Source of the DNA: Desulfobacterales bacterium
GTDB lineage: Bacteria > Desulfobacterota > Desulfobacteria > Desulfobacterales > UBA2174
Reading direction: 5' to 3'
Length of the DNA: 64,000 nt
Assembly: GCA_963668645.2 (NCBI GenBank)
Contig: CAXXWC010000006.1
Span: forward strand, 128,001-192,000
Position numbers and translations under genes: made by a program. The notes below the pieces were generated by a model. It saw only the letters and a list, made by a program, of their open reading frames with translations. It made no database searches and had not been told where the DNA came from. Of this stretch, positions 9,636 to 19,458 are shown piece after piece; within the stretch, counting starts at the first letter, position 1, and each line of letters opens with the position of its first letter.

Positions 9636-10955
9636 ATGCAGATCCAACTGCCCTGGGGCCGGGAAGATCTCGTGCTGGATCTTCCCGACACCTGGAAAGT
9701 TACCATCCCCGAGGCCCAGGAGGCCACCGCAGCAGGGGAGGATGAAACCGGCATCGTGGCCCGGGCCCTTGCCTCACCGGTGGAGGCGCCTCCCCTGGCC
9801 GACCATCGCCTCAGCGGCAAACGGGTGCTCATCGTCACCGACGACAACACCCGCCCCACTCCGGTGGCGCGCTTCCTTCAACAGGTACTCGACGCTCTGG
9901 AACGGGCCGGTGCCCGCATCGAAGATGTCCTGGTCATGCCGGCCTTGGGCATCCATACGGCCATGTCGGCAGAAGAGATGGCCGCCAAGATCGGCGGTGA
10001 AAATCTGGGCCGGGTCCAATGGCGCAACCACGATGCCTTTGACCCCGGCCAGATGCACGCCTTTGGCCGCACCCGGCGCGGCACGCCGGTGGTGCTCAAC
10101 CGGGCCGTGGCCGAGGCCGATCTGATCGTGCTGCTGGGCCTCGTGGAGCCCCATCTGTGGGCCGGCTTCGGCGGCGGGTTAAAGAACCTGCTGCCCGGAG
10201 TGGCTTCGGCCGAGTGCATCGGGGCCCACCACAGCATCATCGCCGAGCCGCCCTACGCCTTCAACCGCGTGGGCATGGCCCCCGAGGCCAACTCCTTCCG
10301 CATCGACCTGGAAGAGATCCGTTCCATGATCCGCGCCGATATTTTCTGTCTCAATGTGGCCATTGACGCCGGACAGCGGATCATCGGGGCCTTCGGAGGC
10401 GATCCGGTGGGCGCCCACCGGGCCGGGGTAGCCTTCAACCGGCGCATATCGGGGCGCCGCATCGAGGCGCCGGTGGACGCCGTTGTGGTCAACTCCCACC
10501 CCATGGACATCAACTTCAAACAGAGCATGAAGGGCGTGGGCAATTCGCTGCCGGCCCTCAAACCTGGAGGCGTCGTCATGGGCTTTTTGCGCGCTGAACG
10601 GGGAATCGACGACATCGTGGTGCCCGAAAAGGCCAAACCCTTGTGGCTCACCAAGACCATCCTGCGCCTCCTCGGGCCGGCCCGGGTAATGGGCTTTTTG
10701 GAAAAGATCCGCCCGGGGCTCAACGTCGAGGAAAAATTTCTCCTCTACTACTCGATGCAGCTCGTGCGGGCCTACGATCTGTTTTTCCATGTGCCGAGCC
10801 TGTCGGATGACGAGATCCGGTGCCTGGGATTCTTCAAGGCCTGCCGCCATCCCCAGCAGGTTGTCGAGGCTGCCAGGCCCCGCCTCCCGCGGCACGCCGC
10901 GGTGGCCGTCTTTGCCGAGGCCGGAGCGACCTTTCCCATCGTGGGCGATGCCTGA
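9636..10955 (+). CDS. LarA-family nickel-pincer racemase/epimerase
   Basis: DDNTRPTP, ALGIH, GRTRRGTPV, PH..AGFGGGLK, IGAHH; RBS AAGGAG. Confidence 0.85.
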   Translation: MQIQLPWGREDLVLDLPDTWKVTIPEAQEATAAGEDETGIVARALASPVEAPPLADHRLSGKRVLIVTDDNTRPTPVARFLQQVLDALERAGARIEDVLVMPALGIHTAMSAEEMAAKIGGENLGRVQWRNHDAFDPGQMHAFGRTRRGTPVVLNRAVAEADLIVLLGLVEPHLWAGFGGGLKNLLPGVASAECIGAHHSIIAEPPYAFNRVGMAPEANSFRIDLEEIRSMIRADIFCLNVAIDAGQRIIGAFGGDPVGAHRAGVAFNRRISGRRIEAPVDAVVVNSHPMDINFKQSMKGVGNSLPALKPGGVVMGFLRAERGIDDIVVPEKAKPLWLTKTILRLLGPARVMGFLEKIRPGLNVEEKFLLYYSMQLVRAYDLFFHVPSLSDDEIRCLGFFKACRHPQQVVEAARPRLPRHAAVAVFAEAGATFPIVGDA

Positions 10956-11972
10956 TCAGTAAAGAACGGTCAGATTGATGGCCCCGTACTCGGTCGAGTC
11001 TTGCTGGCCGTCGAACTCTTTGGAACGAAAAACGTTGGAAAAGGCGATGCGCACATTGTGGTAGCGAACGACCGCGCCGACCTGCAGGTCGCCGACGCCG
11101 ATGCGCCGCTCCACGCTGTGGCTGTCTTTGAAGGTGTTGCCGTCCAGGAAGATGTTGCGGGCCATGAGCCGGCCCTCCACCCCGGCAAATAGGTACCCGC
11201 TCCAACTGGACCGGGTGCGAAAATAGGCGCTGCCCGGAAAACTCGGGCTGATGGCCGGTGGGCCGAGGTCGCTGCGCAGGTTGAAACCCATCCGCAGCAT
11301 GGCGCCGGCTCCGGCGTAGGTGTAGACGTTGCCCAGGGCCCCAACGGCGTGAGGGGCGAAAGAAAACTCCGGACCTTGGGCACCAATCCGGCCAAAATGC
11401 TCCCAGATCCGCGTGTAGGTCAATACCAGGCCAAGCTCGTCGTTGAGCTGGTGGTCCCAGCCGCGCGGGGTGCGGGTGTCGATTATCTTGTGCCAACGGC
11501 GCTGCACCTCGTCGGCCCCGCTGCTCGGGCCGACCACCCCCACCGTGATTTCCAGCACATTGCTCACCCGCCGGGCCGGATCTTCGTCAAGCACCCCCAG
11601 CAGCGAAGCGCTGGCGTAAAGCCACCCGGCATAGGGCCGATCGTCTTCGATCAGGTTCGGGTCTTCGATGTCGGCCGGGGTAAAAATGTTCTGGCCGATG
11701 GAAAACTCGACCCCTGCATCATGACCCGGCGCGAAAAAGGGTACGTAATTGCCGAGCCGGCGCAGCCACCGGGGAGGATCTCCGGCCGGGGCCACGGAAA
11801 GCTTGGTGCCGTGGGTGTAATGGCGATCCTTGCCGTCGCCCCACAGGTCGTTTTCCGCATGCACGCTCCAGTAGGCGATGCGCTCCGGTTCAGCCTCGTC
11901 TTGTGCCAGGGCCTGGCGCTGCACCGGGAAAAGCAACAGGACCAGCGCCAAAAAAATCGGCAGACGGTTCAT
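10956..11972 (-). CDS. LpxR-family (lipid A deacylase-like) outer-membrane beta-barrel
   Basis: Signal peptide, END, D.HYTHG, GQNIFTP, DRPYAGWL, GWDHQL, NIFLDG, terminal Tyr. Confidence 0.85.
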   Translation of the reverse strand: MNRLPIFLALVLLLFPVQRQALAQDEAEPERIAYWSVHAENDLWGDGKDRHYTHGTKLSVAPAGDPPRWLRRLGNYVPFFAPGHDAGVEFSIGQNIFTPADIEDPNLIEDDRPYAGWLYASASLLGVLDEDPARRVSNVLEITVGVVGPSSGADEVQRRWHKIIDTRTPRGWDHQLNDELGLVLTYTRIWEHFGRIGAQGPEFSFAPHAVGALGNVYTYAGAGAMLRMGFNLRSDLGPPAISPSFPGSAYFRTRSSWSGYLFAGVEGRLMARNIFLDGNTFKDSHSVERRIGVGDLQVGAVVRYHNVRIAFSNVFRSKEFDGQQDSTEYGAINLTVLY

Positions 11973-12242
11973 CTTCAAATCCTTGATGGGGTCAAGAGAA
12001 ACATCGAGAGGCCGTTCCAACGTCGGACCGGTGTTAAATGATGCAGTTTATCCGAGTTGCGCTCAATTGCATAGGGGCTCCCTGTGGACTCAGCTGGGAT
12101 GCCAACACCCCGCTTGCCAAGCGCGATGCTTCGGCCTAAAGTGAAAAATAATCCCTTGCCTCTTTGAAACAGACACCCGCGCCCGGCGGCCGGGACCCGG
12201 AGTAGCCAAAGACCCGCCAACCTAAGACCGAAAGGAGGCCGT

Positions 12243-12704
12243 ATGTACCGAACCATTTTGGTGCCGTTGGACGGATCCCCTCTGGCGGAAACCATCCTGC
12301 CGGAAATCGAAAAACTCTCCTCCGGCGCGGCCCGCCCGCGGATCGTCCTGGTGCGGGTGGTGCCGGCCCACCACATTCCGGGCCAGGATGCCATTGAATG
12401 GCAGGCGCGCATGATTCAACGGGCCGAGGAATACGTCGACCGCCTCAAACAGCGCCTCCTGGATCAAGGGCACCTCGTGGACCATCACGTTCCTTACGGG
12501 GAGCCGGCGAGCAAGATCCTCGAGGTCTGCGAGTTGTACAACTATGACCTGATCGCCATGTCGACCCACGGCCGCAGCGGGCTGGGACGCTGGCTGATGG
12601 GCAGCGTGGCCGACAAGGTGGTGCGCCATAGCCTCACCCCGGTGCTGCTGCGGCGAGCCCGGCCCGAAGAGGTGGTGGAGGAGGAAGAGGAAGAAGAGGC
12701 GTAA
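12243..12704 (+). CDS. Universal stress protein
   Basis: ILVPLDGS, GEPA, DLIAMSTHGRSG, GSVADKVVR; poly-Glu tail. Confidence 0.9.
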   Translation: MYRTILVPLDGSPLAETILPEIEKLSSGAARPRIVLVRVVPAHHIPGQDAIEWQARMIQRAEEYVDRLKQRLLDQGHLVDHHVPYGEPASKILEVCELYNYDLIAMSTHGRSGLGRWLMGSVADKVVRHSLTPVLLRRARPEEVVEEEEEEEA

Positions 12705-12745
12705 CCGGCCGCTGTGTTCATAAAGACGGCGCCCACCGGAAGCCC

Positions 12746-13342
12746 TCACCGGCCCCAATTACGCCAGAGCTGCGCCACTTGAACGCGGGTGCCCTCCAGG
12801 TCGCCGCTGTTGTCGATGACGATGGAGGCCCGGCACCGCTTTTCCACGATGGGCATCTGGGCCTTGATCCGTGCACCGGCAGCCTCGGCCGAAAGCTCGT
12901 TGCGCCGCATCAAGCGTTCTCTTTGAGCCGCTTCAGGGGCGTAGACCAGGATCACTTCGTCCAGGCCGCGATCCATTCCGGTTTCAAAAAGTAGCGGGAT
13001 GTCGAGGATTGCCACCCCGCCGGGGTCCGTCTTTTCCAAACACGCCAGACGCCGCGCCATGGCCTCGAAGACCGCCGGATGCACGATGTTATCCAGCACC
13101 GCTTTTTGCCCCGGATCATGGAAGATGATGTCTCCGAGCCGCTGGCGGTCGATGCGGCCGTCAGCCAGAAGGATCGCGCGCCCGAAGTGCTCCACGATCG
13201 CCTCCCAGGCCGGCAGGCCCGGCTCGACGACCTCCCGGGCCAGTTGGTCGGCATCGATGATATGGGCTCCGGCCTCGGCCAGCATCCGCGAAACGGTCGA
13301 TTTGCCGGTGGCGATCCCCCCGGTAAGCCCGATTACCTTCAT
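12746..13342 (-). CDS. coaE: Dephospho-CoA kinase
   Basis: IGLTGGIATGKST, IDAD, HP, DIPLLFE, RLMRRN, IDNSG. Confidence 0.95.
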   Translation of the reverse strand: MKVIGLTGGIATGKSTVSRMLAEAGAHIIDADQLAREVVEPGLPAWEAIVEHFGRAILLADGRIDRQRLGDIIFHDPGQKAVLDNIVHPAVFEAMARRLACLEKTDPGGVAILDIPLLFETGMDRGLDEVILVYAPEAAQRERLMRRNELSAEAAGARIKAQMPIVEKRCRASIVIDNSGDLEGTRVQVAQLWRNWGR

Positions 13343-13451
13343 CCTCACAGCCTCTCGCAGCGATTAAAAAAAGGTTGATTCTTAAAAAACGGCTGCTCAA
13401 GCATCGACAGACCAATACATGTTTATCTCCCTGCTCTTGGCACCGGCCGTT

Positions 13452-15038
13452 TCAGGGCCGGGCATCCCGCCGGCCGGCCCCGGCAGGGGACAGAACGCCC
13501 GCCAGGCGGCACTGGCGCGACCGGCAGTAGCGCGTAAAGGCGGCCCCGTTGCCCTGGTGATCGCGCCCGAGGTGGAAATTGAGCCAGGAAGAGGTTTCGT
13601 TCAAGGCCCAAAGCCGCGGCGGGACGCACCCTTCGCCGAGTCGGTAGGTCTGACCCGCCGCGGCCCACCGGCGCCAGGCCCGGAACCAGACACATTCGCG
13701 CTCGGGACGCACCTCACAGCGGCCGTTGCGGCTGCCGCCGCAGGCCCCGTTGCGGGTGTGCTTGGGGCACTGGGATTCGGGGCACAAAAAGGCCAGATGC
13801 ACAATGGCGCAGTCCCCGCAATGGCGGCAGCCGAGCAGCAGCCGCTTGACCGGATCCTCCAGGGTGCTGGCCAAAAGCCGCCCCGCGCCATGCCCATCCA
13901 GGCTTCGTGCAACGGCGCGCCACAGGCCCGCCGCGGCGCCCTCGCGCCGGAAAAAGGCCGCGTGGGCCAGGCGCATGAAATGAAAATGGAGCCTTTCCAG
14001 CGGATCGAGAGCCGGTGCGGACCCCGCCCCGAGGGTGCAGGGACGGGTGCCGCCGGAGCCTGCATCCAGCGTTTCGGCCAGGTTCGGACCGTCGAATTGG
14101 GCCAGAAAATCCGGCCATCGGTCTTCGATTTGGGCCAACCGATCCAGGATCCGGGCCACCATGGAAAAATCCCGGTGGATGCCGCCGATATGAATTCCCC
14201 GGAATCCCAGGCCTTTGAGCACCGCCGCCAGGCGTGCAGCGCGCTCCACCGCCGCCCGGCGCCCATCGGTGCGGTCGGCCCATTCCCGGCAGACTTGGTC
14301 GCAGAGCCGGCCCGAGACCACGGCCCCGGGTACCTGCCCCGCGTTCATGATGCGCGCCGCGCGCGGGGTGAGCACATAAACCGATCCGAGCAGGGGCAGA
14401 TCCAGGCCCATGGCCTGGGTCGCGCGGACCATCCGATCGAAGCAGGCCGCATCGTAGCCGAGCTGACTGATGACGAACTGGGCCCCGGCAGCCTGTTTGC
14501 GGCATAGTTTGGCGTACTGGGCTGCAGTCTCGCCCGCGGTGCTTTTGAAGGGAGACACGGCGCAGCCGGTGAAAAAACCGTCCGGATCACCGCCGGCCTC
14601 GAGCCGGTCGTTGAGCATCGCCAGCATGGCGAGCAGGCTGACCGAATCCAGGTCGAAGACCGGTGCGCCCTGGCCGGCGAATCCCGATCCGGTGTAGTCG
14701 CCGGTAAGGGCCAGGATGTTCTTCATCCCCATCATCGCCAGTTGCAGGGCACGGCTTTCCATGCCGACCCGGTTGGCGTCGCGGCAGGTGAAATGGACGA
14801 TCACGTCCATGCCGATGCGAAAGATCTGGTGGCCGAGCACATCCGGGCTCAAGGATGGATTGCCGCCGGGATTGTCGGTGATCGAAACCGCCGAGATACG
14901 CCCATCGGCAAAGGCGTCGCGGGCGATGCCCATTACGGTGTCCACCGCCCGGCCCGAAGCCTCGCGGCCCGGTACCAGTTCCAGGGTGATGACGAAACGC
15001 CCCGGGTCCTGCAGTTCGTTTTGAAACACGCGCAGCAT
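13452..15038 (-). CDS. metF: Methylenetetrahydrofolate reductase with fused C-terminal Cys-rich (MetV-like) domain
   Basis: ITDNPGG, HFTCRDANR, LALTGD, K..AGA.F..SQ; C-terminal CRHCGDC...CP..QCPK..RNGACGGS..GRCEV....CVW. Confidence 0.85.
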   Translation of the reverse strand: MLRVFQNELQDPGRFVITLELVPGREASGRAVDTVMGIARDAFADGRISAVSITDNPGGNPSLSPDVLGHQIFRIGMDVIVHFTCRDANRVGMESRALQLAMMGMKNILALTGDYTGSGFAGQGAPVFDLDSVSLLAMLAMLNDRLEAGGDPDGFFTGCAVSPFKSTAGETAAQYAKLCRKQAAGAQFVISQLGYDAACFDRMVRATQAMGLDLPLLGSVYVLTPRAARIMNAGQVPGAVVSGRLCDQVCREWADRTDGRRAAVERAARLAAVLKGLGFRGIHIGGIHRDFSMVARILDRLAQIEDRWPDFLAQFDGPNLAETLDAGSGGTRPCTLGAGSAPALDPLERLHFHFMRLAHAAFFRREGAAAGLWRAVARSLDGHGAGRLLASTLEDPVKRLLLGCRHCGDCAIVHLAFLCPESQCPKHTRNGACGGSRNGRCEVRPERECVWFRAWRRWAAAGQTYRLGEGCVPPRLWALNETSSWLNFHLGRDHQGNGAAFTRYCRSRQCRLAGVLSPAGAGRRDARP

Positions 15039-15054
15039 AAAAGACCTTTCCGGG

Positions 15055-16428
15055 CTAGTTTTTGCGGCCCCCGCGGCCGTCGGTTGGCGGTGGCGTGAGG
15101 CCCAGGGAACGGATCTTGCGGTACAGGGTGCTGGTATCGATGCCCAACTCGGCGGCTGCGGCCTGCCGGCGGCCTTCGTGGCGGCCCAGGGCCGCTTCGA
15201 GCATCAACCGCTCCATGGCCTTCAAGGTCATGGGGCCGCTTTGCGGGACAGGCGCCGCATCGCCGGTCAAACGCATCTCCGGCGGCAGGTGGGGCAGATC
15301 GATGATCCCCTGGCGGCAGAGCACGAAGGCGTGCTCGATGAGGTTTTCCAGTTCGCGGACATTGCCCGGATAGTCGTGTCCCATCAGGCGCACCAGGACC
15401 CGGTCCGAAACCCCGGCGATCGCTTTTCCCTGGAGTCGATTCAGCCGGGCCAGAAAATGGTCCACCAGAAGGGGGATGTCTTCGCGCCGCCGGCGCAACG
15501 GAGCGATCTCGAGCCGCACGACCCGGATCCGGTAGTACAAATCCTCGCGGAACAGCCCCTGCCCGACCCGGGCGGACAGGTCCCGATGGGTGGCCGCCAC
15601 GATGCGCACGTCCACCGGTTCGGGCTTCAACGCGCCGAGCGGCTCGACGCAGCGCGCCTCCACGGCCCGCAGCAGGCGCACCTGCATGGCCGCCGAGACG
15701 TCGCCGATCTCATCGAGAAAGAGGGTCCCCTTGTGCGCGGCGGCAAAACGGCCGATCTTGTCCCGGCGCGCATCGGTGAAGGCCCCGGCCTTGTAGCCGA
15801 ATAGTTCGGATTCGAGCAGGGCATCGGGAAGCGCACCGCAGTTGATCGCCTGGAAAGGCCCCCGGCTGCGGTGGGACAGGTTGTGCAGGGCCCTGGCGAC
15901 CAGTTCCTTGCCCGTGCCCGATTCGCCCTGGATCAGGACCGTACTGTCGCTGGCCGCGACCTGGGGCAGGATATCGAACAGGGACTGCATCGCCGCGCTG
16001 CGCCCGATGATGTCTTCGAAGGTGTAGCACTTTTCGAGGGCTTTTTGGAGCTGTTCGATCCGGGTCAGGTCCTGGAAGGTCTCCACCCCGCCGCATACCC
16101 GGCCGTTCGCATCGTGCAGTACGGCGGTGGAAATACGGATCGGCACCCGCCGTCCGGCGGCGGTGTAGATATGGGCCGCGGCGTTGATCTGCGGCTGGCC
16201 GGTGGCCAGGGTCCGGCGCAGGGCGCAGGCCTGTTCGCAGATGTCGGCCCGGAACACCTCGCAGCATCGCTGCCCGAGGGCTTCCCGGCGTTCGACCCCC
16301 GTGATCTGCTCGGCCGCGCGGTTGAAGCGCGTGATGCGCCAGTCGAGATCGACGGTAAAGACCCCTTCATTGAGGGCCTCGAGGATCGGGTCGAGAGCGG
16401 CGAAAGATGGTGTTTCAGGTGATGCCAT
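15055..16428 (-). CDS. PAS-domain sigma54-dependent transcriptional activator (Fis HTH)
   Basis: N-terminal PAS, GESGTGKE, ESELFG, GAFTDA, FLDEIG, FREDLYYR, PGNVREL, HTH. Confidence 0.93.
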   Translation of the reverse strand: MASPETPSFAALDPILEALNEGVFTVDLDWRITRFNRAAEQITGVERREALGQRCCEVFRADICEQACALRRTLATGQPQINAAAHIYTAAGRRVPIRISTAVLHDANGRVCGGVETFQDLTRIEQLQKALEKCYTFEDIIGRSAAMQSLFDILPQVAASDSTVLIQGESGTGKELVARALHNLSHRSRGPFQAINCGALPDALLESELFGYKAGAFTDARRDKIGRFAAAHKGTLFLDEIGDVSAAMQVRLLRAVEARCVEPLGALKPEPVDVRIVAATHRDLSARVGQGLFREDLYYRIRVVRLEIAPLRRRREDIPLLVDHFLARLNRLQGKAIAGVSDRVLVRLMGHDYPGNVRELENLIEHAFVLCRQGIIDLPHLPPEMRLTGDAAPVPQSGPMTLKAMERLMLEAALGRHEGRRQAAAAELGIDTSTLYRKIRSLGLTPPPTDGRGGRKN

Positions 16429-16594
16429 AAAAAAGGACCCATTGGGACGGTGGCGGCAATGGCATCATTCTTGGCCCATGATCCGTGCGTGTCAATACCG
16501 ATTTGCCAGACGGCAAATCGGCTCTTTACGCCACCGGTTCCTTAAGGCTATAGCTGGGCATCCGAAACCGGTGTACAGCAAACAGGAGGTGTCT

Positions 16595-18580
16595 ATGCCA
16601 AAAGACCGGCGGCCAGAGGCTGAGCGGACCTTGCATGACGATCCGACCGCCGAAACGCCGATCGCGCTAGAAGCGTTTACCGAAGATATTTTGCAAAACA
16701 TGACCGAAGGGCTGCTCTTTACCGATCCGGGCGGTAGACTCACTTTCGTCAATCGTGCCCTGGCGGCAAGCTTGGGATACGCCGTCGAGGAGATGGTCGG
16801 CCTGAACTGGCAGCAATTCGTCATGCCCGAGCAGCGCGCCAAGGCCGTTGCCGCCGAGAAGCAGCGCGTCAACGGGAAGAGTAAACGCTACGAGCTGATA
16901 CTGCGCAAAAAAAACGGCAGCGGCCTCTGGACCCTGGTGGGCGCCGGCCCGCGCCGCGACGCCCGGACCGGTCGCGACGCCGGCTCCATCGGCGTGGTCA
17001 GCGATATCAGCGCCCAGAAAGCGGTGGAAGCGCGCCTGCGGGAAAGCGAATCCAAGCACCGCCTCATCCTTGAAAAGATGCAGGAGGGCTATTACGAAGT
17101 CGATCGGAGCGGGTTCTTTACCTTTATCAACCGCTCAGCCTGCGAGCAGCTCGGCTATGCACACGAGGAGATGATCGGCACCAATTACAGGCAGCTGGCC
17201 GCGGACGACGAGCAAAGCAAAAGGATTTTCGATGCCTATCGCAAAATTTATGACACCGGAAAACCGCTGAAAGACTTTTGCTGGGACATCCGGCGCAAGG
17301 ACGGGAAGCGCCGAACGGTGGAGGTGTCCGTCTCCCTGATCCGGGACGCGGAGGAGAACGGCATCGGTTTCCGCGGCATCTCGCGCGATGTCAGCGAAGA
17401 TTTGCTAGCGCAACAGGAACGTGAAAAGCTGCAGGCCCAGCTCATCCAGGCTCAGAAAATGGAATCGGTAGGAAGGCTGGCAGGTGGGGTGGCCCACGAT
17501 TTCAACAACATGCTCGGGGTGATCCAGGGCCATGCGGAGCTGGCCATGGTCAAGGCCGGCGCCGATCACCCGCTCGGCCGGCATCTGGAGCAGATCTACA
17601 ACACGGCCCGGCGTTCGGCGGATTTGATCCGCCAACTCTTGGGGTTCGCCCGCAAGCAGGTCGCCGAGCCCGAGGTCCTGGATCTGAACGAAACCGTCGA
17701 CGGGCTGCTCAAGATGCTGCGCCCTCTGATCGGCGAGCACATCGACCTGGTCTGGAAGCCCCACGCCGGGCTCTGGCCGGTGCATATCGATCCGGCGCAG
17801 GTGGACCAGATCTTTACCAACCTGTGCATCAACGCGCGCGATGCCATCTGCGGAACCGGGCACCTGACCATCGAGACGGTCAACGCCGATCTGAACGAAG
17901 CCGATTGCAGGCCATACCCGGGACTGGTGCCCGGCCAATACGCACTGCTGGTGGTAGAAGACGACGGCTGCGGCATGGACAACCGAATCCGCGCCCATCT
18001 CTTCGAGCCTTTTTTCACCACCAAGCCGCCCGGCCAAGGAACCGGGCTCGGATTGGCCACGGTTTACGGAATCGTCAAACAGAACGAGGGGTTCATTCAC
18101 GTGTTGAGCACTCCGGGCGAGGGAACGCGGGTGCAAATCTGCCTACCGCGATATCGGGGAACAGAGTCCGGCAGAAGGAATCAAGCGGCGGTGGAGAACA
18201 TCGTCCCCACAGGCCTGGAAACCGTGCTGCTGGTGGAAGACGAACCGACCATCCTGGAGGTGGGACAGGCGGTGCTGGAAAACTGCGGCTACCGGGTGTT
18301 GTGCGCCGAGACTCCCGGGCAGGCCATGACTTTGGCTGAAGCCCATCCGGAAGCCATCGCTCTTTTGATCAGTGACGTGGTGATGCCGGAAATGAACGGC
18401 AACGATCTGTTTCGCAACCTTTCCGCTTCCCGTCCGGGGCTCAAATGTCTTTTCATGTCCGGATACTCGGCCGATGTGATCGCCCGGCACGGAGTCGTGG
18501 ATCCTGCGGCCCAATTCATCCAGAAGCCTTTTTCCATCCAGGCGCTGGCCGTCAAGGTACGCGAAACCCTCGACGGATAG
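16595..18580 (+). CDS. Cytoplasmic hybrid sensor kinase (2 PAS, HisKA, HATPase, receiver)
   Basis: LAGGVAHDFNN, NARDA, FEPFFTTK, GTGLGL, LLVEDE...SDVVMP...KPF; RBS AGGAGG. Confidence 0.93.
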   Translation: MPKDRRPEAERTLHDDPTAETPIALEAFTEDILQNMTEGLLFTDPGGRLTFVNRALAASLGYAVEEMVGLNWQQFVMPEQRAKAVAAEKQRVNGKSKRYELILRKKNGSGLWTLVGAGPRRDARTGRDAGSIGVVSDISAQKAVEARLRESESKHRLILEKMQEGYYEVDRSGFFTFINRSACEQLGYAHEEMIGTNYRQLAADDEQSKRIFDAYRKIYDTGKPLKDFCWDIRRKDGKRRTVEVSVSLIRDAEENGIGFRGISRDVSEDLLAQQEREKLQAQLIQAQKMESVGRLAGGVAHDFNNMLGVIQGHAELAMVKAGADHPLGRHLEQIYNTARRSADLIRQLLGFARKQVAEPEVLDLNETVDGLLKMLRPLIGEHIDLVWKPHAGLWPVHIDPAQVDQIFTNLCINARDAICGTGHLTIETVNADLNEADCRPYPGLVPGQYALLVVEDDGCGMDNRIRAHLFEPFFTTKPPGQGTGLGLATVYGIVKQNEGFIHVLSTPGEGTRVQICLPRYRGTESGRRNQAAVENIVPTGLETVLLVEDEPTILEVGQAVLENCGYRVLCAETPGQAMTLAEAHPEAIALLISDVVMPEMNGNDLFRNLSASRPGLKCLFMSGYSADVIARHGVVDPAAQFIQKPFSIQALAVKVRETLDG

Positions 18581-18592
18581 CCGATCAAGGTG

Positions 18593-19162
18593 TCATTTGA
18601 GTTTGGACTTGGCAGATTTGATACCCTGGGACAACGCCTTCCAGGCTTCTTCGAGTCCGTCCTTCAATCCGTCCCACGCCTGTTCGACAGCTTCACGAGC
18701 ATTTTCGAGCCTCGCTTCGAATTCCCGCCGCCGGGTATGCAGCGCTTCGATCTGGCGATGATAAGCGCTGTGCGCCTCGCCCTTGGCCAGGGCCGCCTTG
18801 TCCTCCAGCTTCTCGATTTCACGATTCCACTTGTCCAGCTTGACCTTCATCTTTTCGATGTACGCATCTCTCCTGGCGGCCATTTCTCTTCCCGGCCGCA
18901 CCTCGACCACGTTGTTGACCGTGCCGTAGAGGTTGCACACCGTGTCCGGGCAGGCCGGATCACGCTTCCATACCCCGTCGACGATGAACTTGTACTCGTA
19001 ACGGCCCGGAGCCAGCTTCTTGCTCTTTTTCCAAACACCTTCCTTGTTCTTTTTCATCCGGTCCGCATGGGTAGACCAGTCGTTGAAGGTGCCTGACAGA
19101 AATACCGCCTCGGCTTCCGGCGCCCGCAGTTCGAACGCCACCCGTTCCTTGTCCGGACCCAT
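18593..19162 (-). CDS. CBM48 glycogen-binding domain fused to a coiled-coil domain
   Basis: VFLSGTFNDW...GVW....LAPGRYEYKFIVDGVW..DP, then RDAYIEKMK.KLD.WN.EI..LE coiled coil. Confidence 0.8.
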   Translation of the reverse strand: MGPDKERVAFELRAPEAEAVFLSGTFNDWSTHADRMKKNKEGVWKKSKKLAPGRYEYKFIVDGVWKRDPACPDTVCNLYGTVNNVVEVRPGREMAARRDAYIEKMKVKLDKWNREIEKLEDKAALAKGEAHSAYHRQIEALHTRRREFEARLENAREAVEQAWDGLKDGLEEAWKALSQGIKSAKSKLK

Positions 19163-19230
19163 CTTGATCCTCCTTGGCCAGCCGTTTGATCCGAGAGTTC
19201 ACTTATTAGCAATTTTAAAATAATGGCAGG

Positions 19231-19259
19231 ATGTTAAGATGATATTAAGCCGATGTCAA
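19231..19259 (-). promoter_or_regulatory. Putative sigma70 promoter of the CBM48 gene
   Basis: Minus strand TTGACA-N17-TAACAT. Confidence 0.6.
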
Positions 19260-19458
19260 TTTAAGCGTGCTTGCGGATGCAACGGATCACCTGGCACCCG
19301 GTGCCGGGAATGGGCGGCACGCATCCCCGGCGGCAAACTGTACCCGACCAATTTCTTGACGCGAACAAAACGCCGGACTATCAATGGAATAGGCGTGCTG
19401 CGATTCTTTCCGAGGACCTTCTCAGCCCCTTGACCTCAAGGTGAAAGGAGAACCCGCC

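Noticed and set aside
16907..16914. A8 tract in the hybrid kinase as a phase-variation site
   Set aside because: In frame (RKKNG in a PAC motif); short and common
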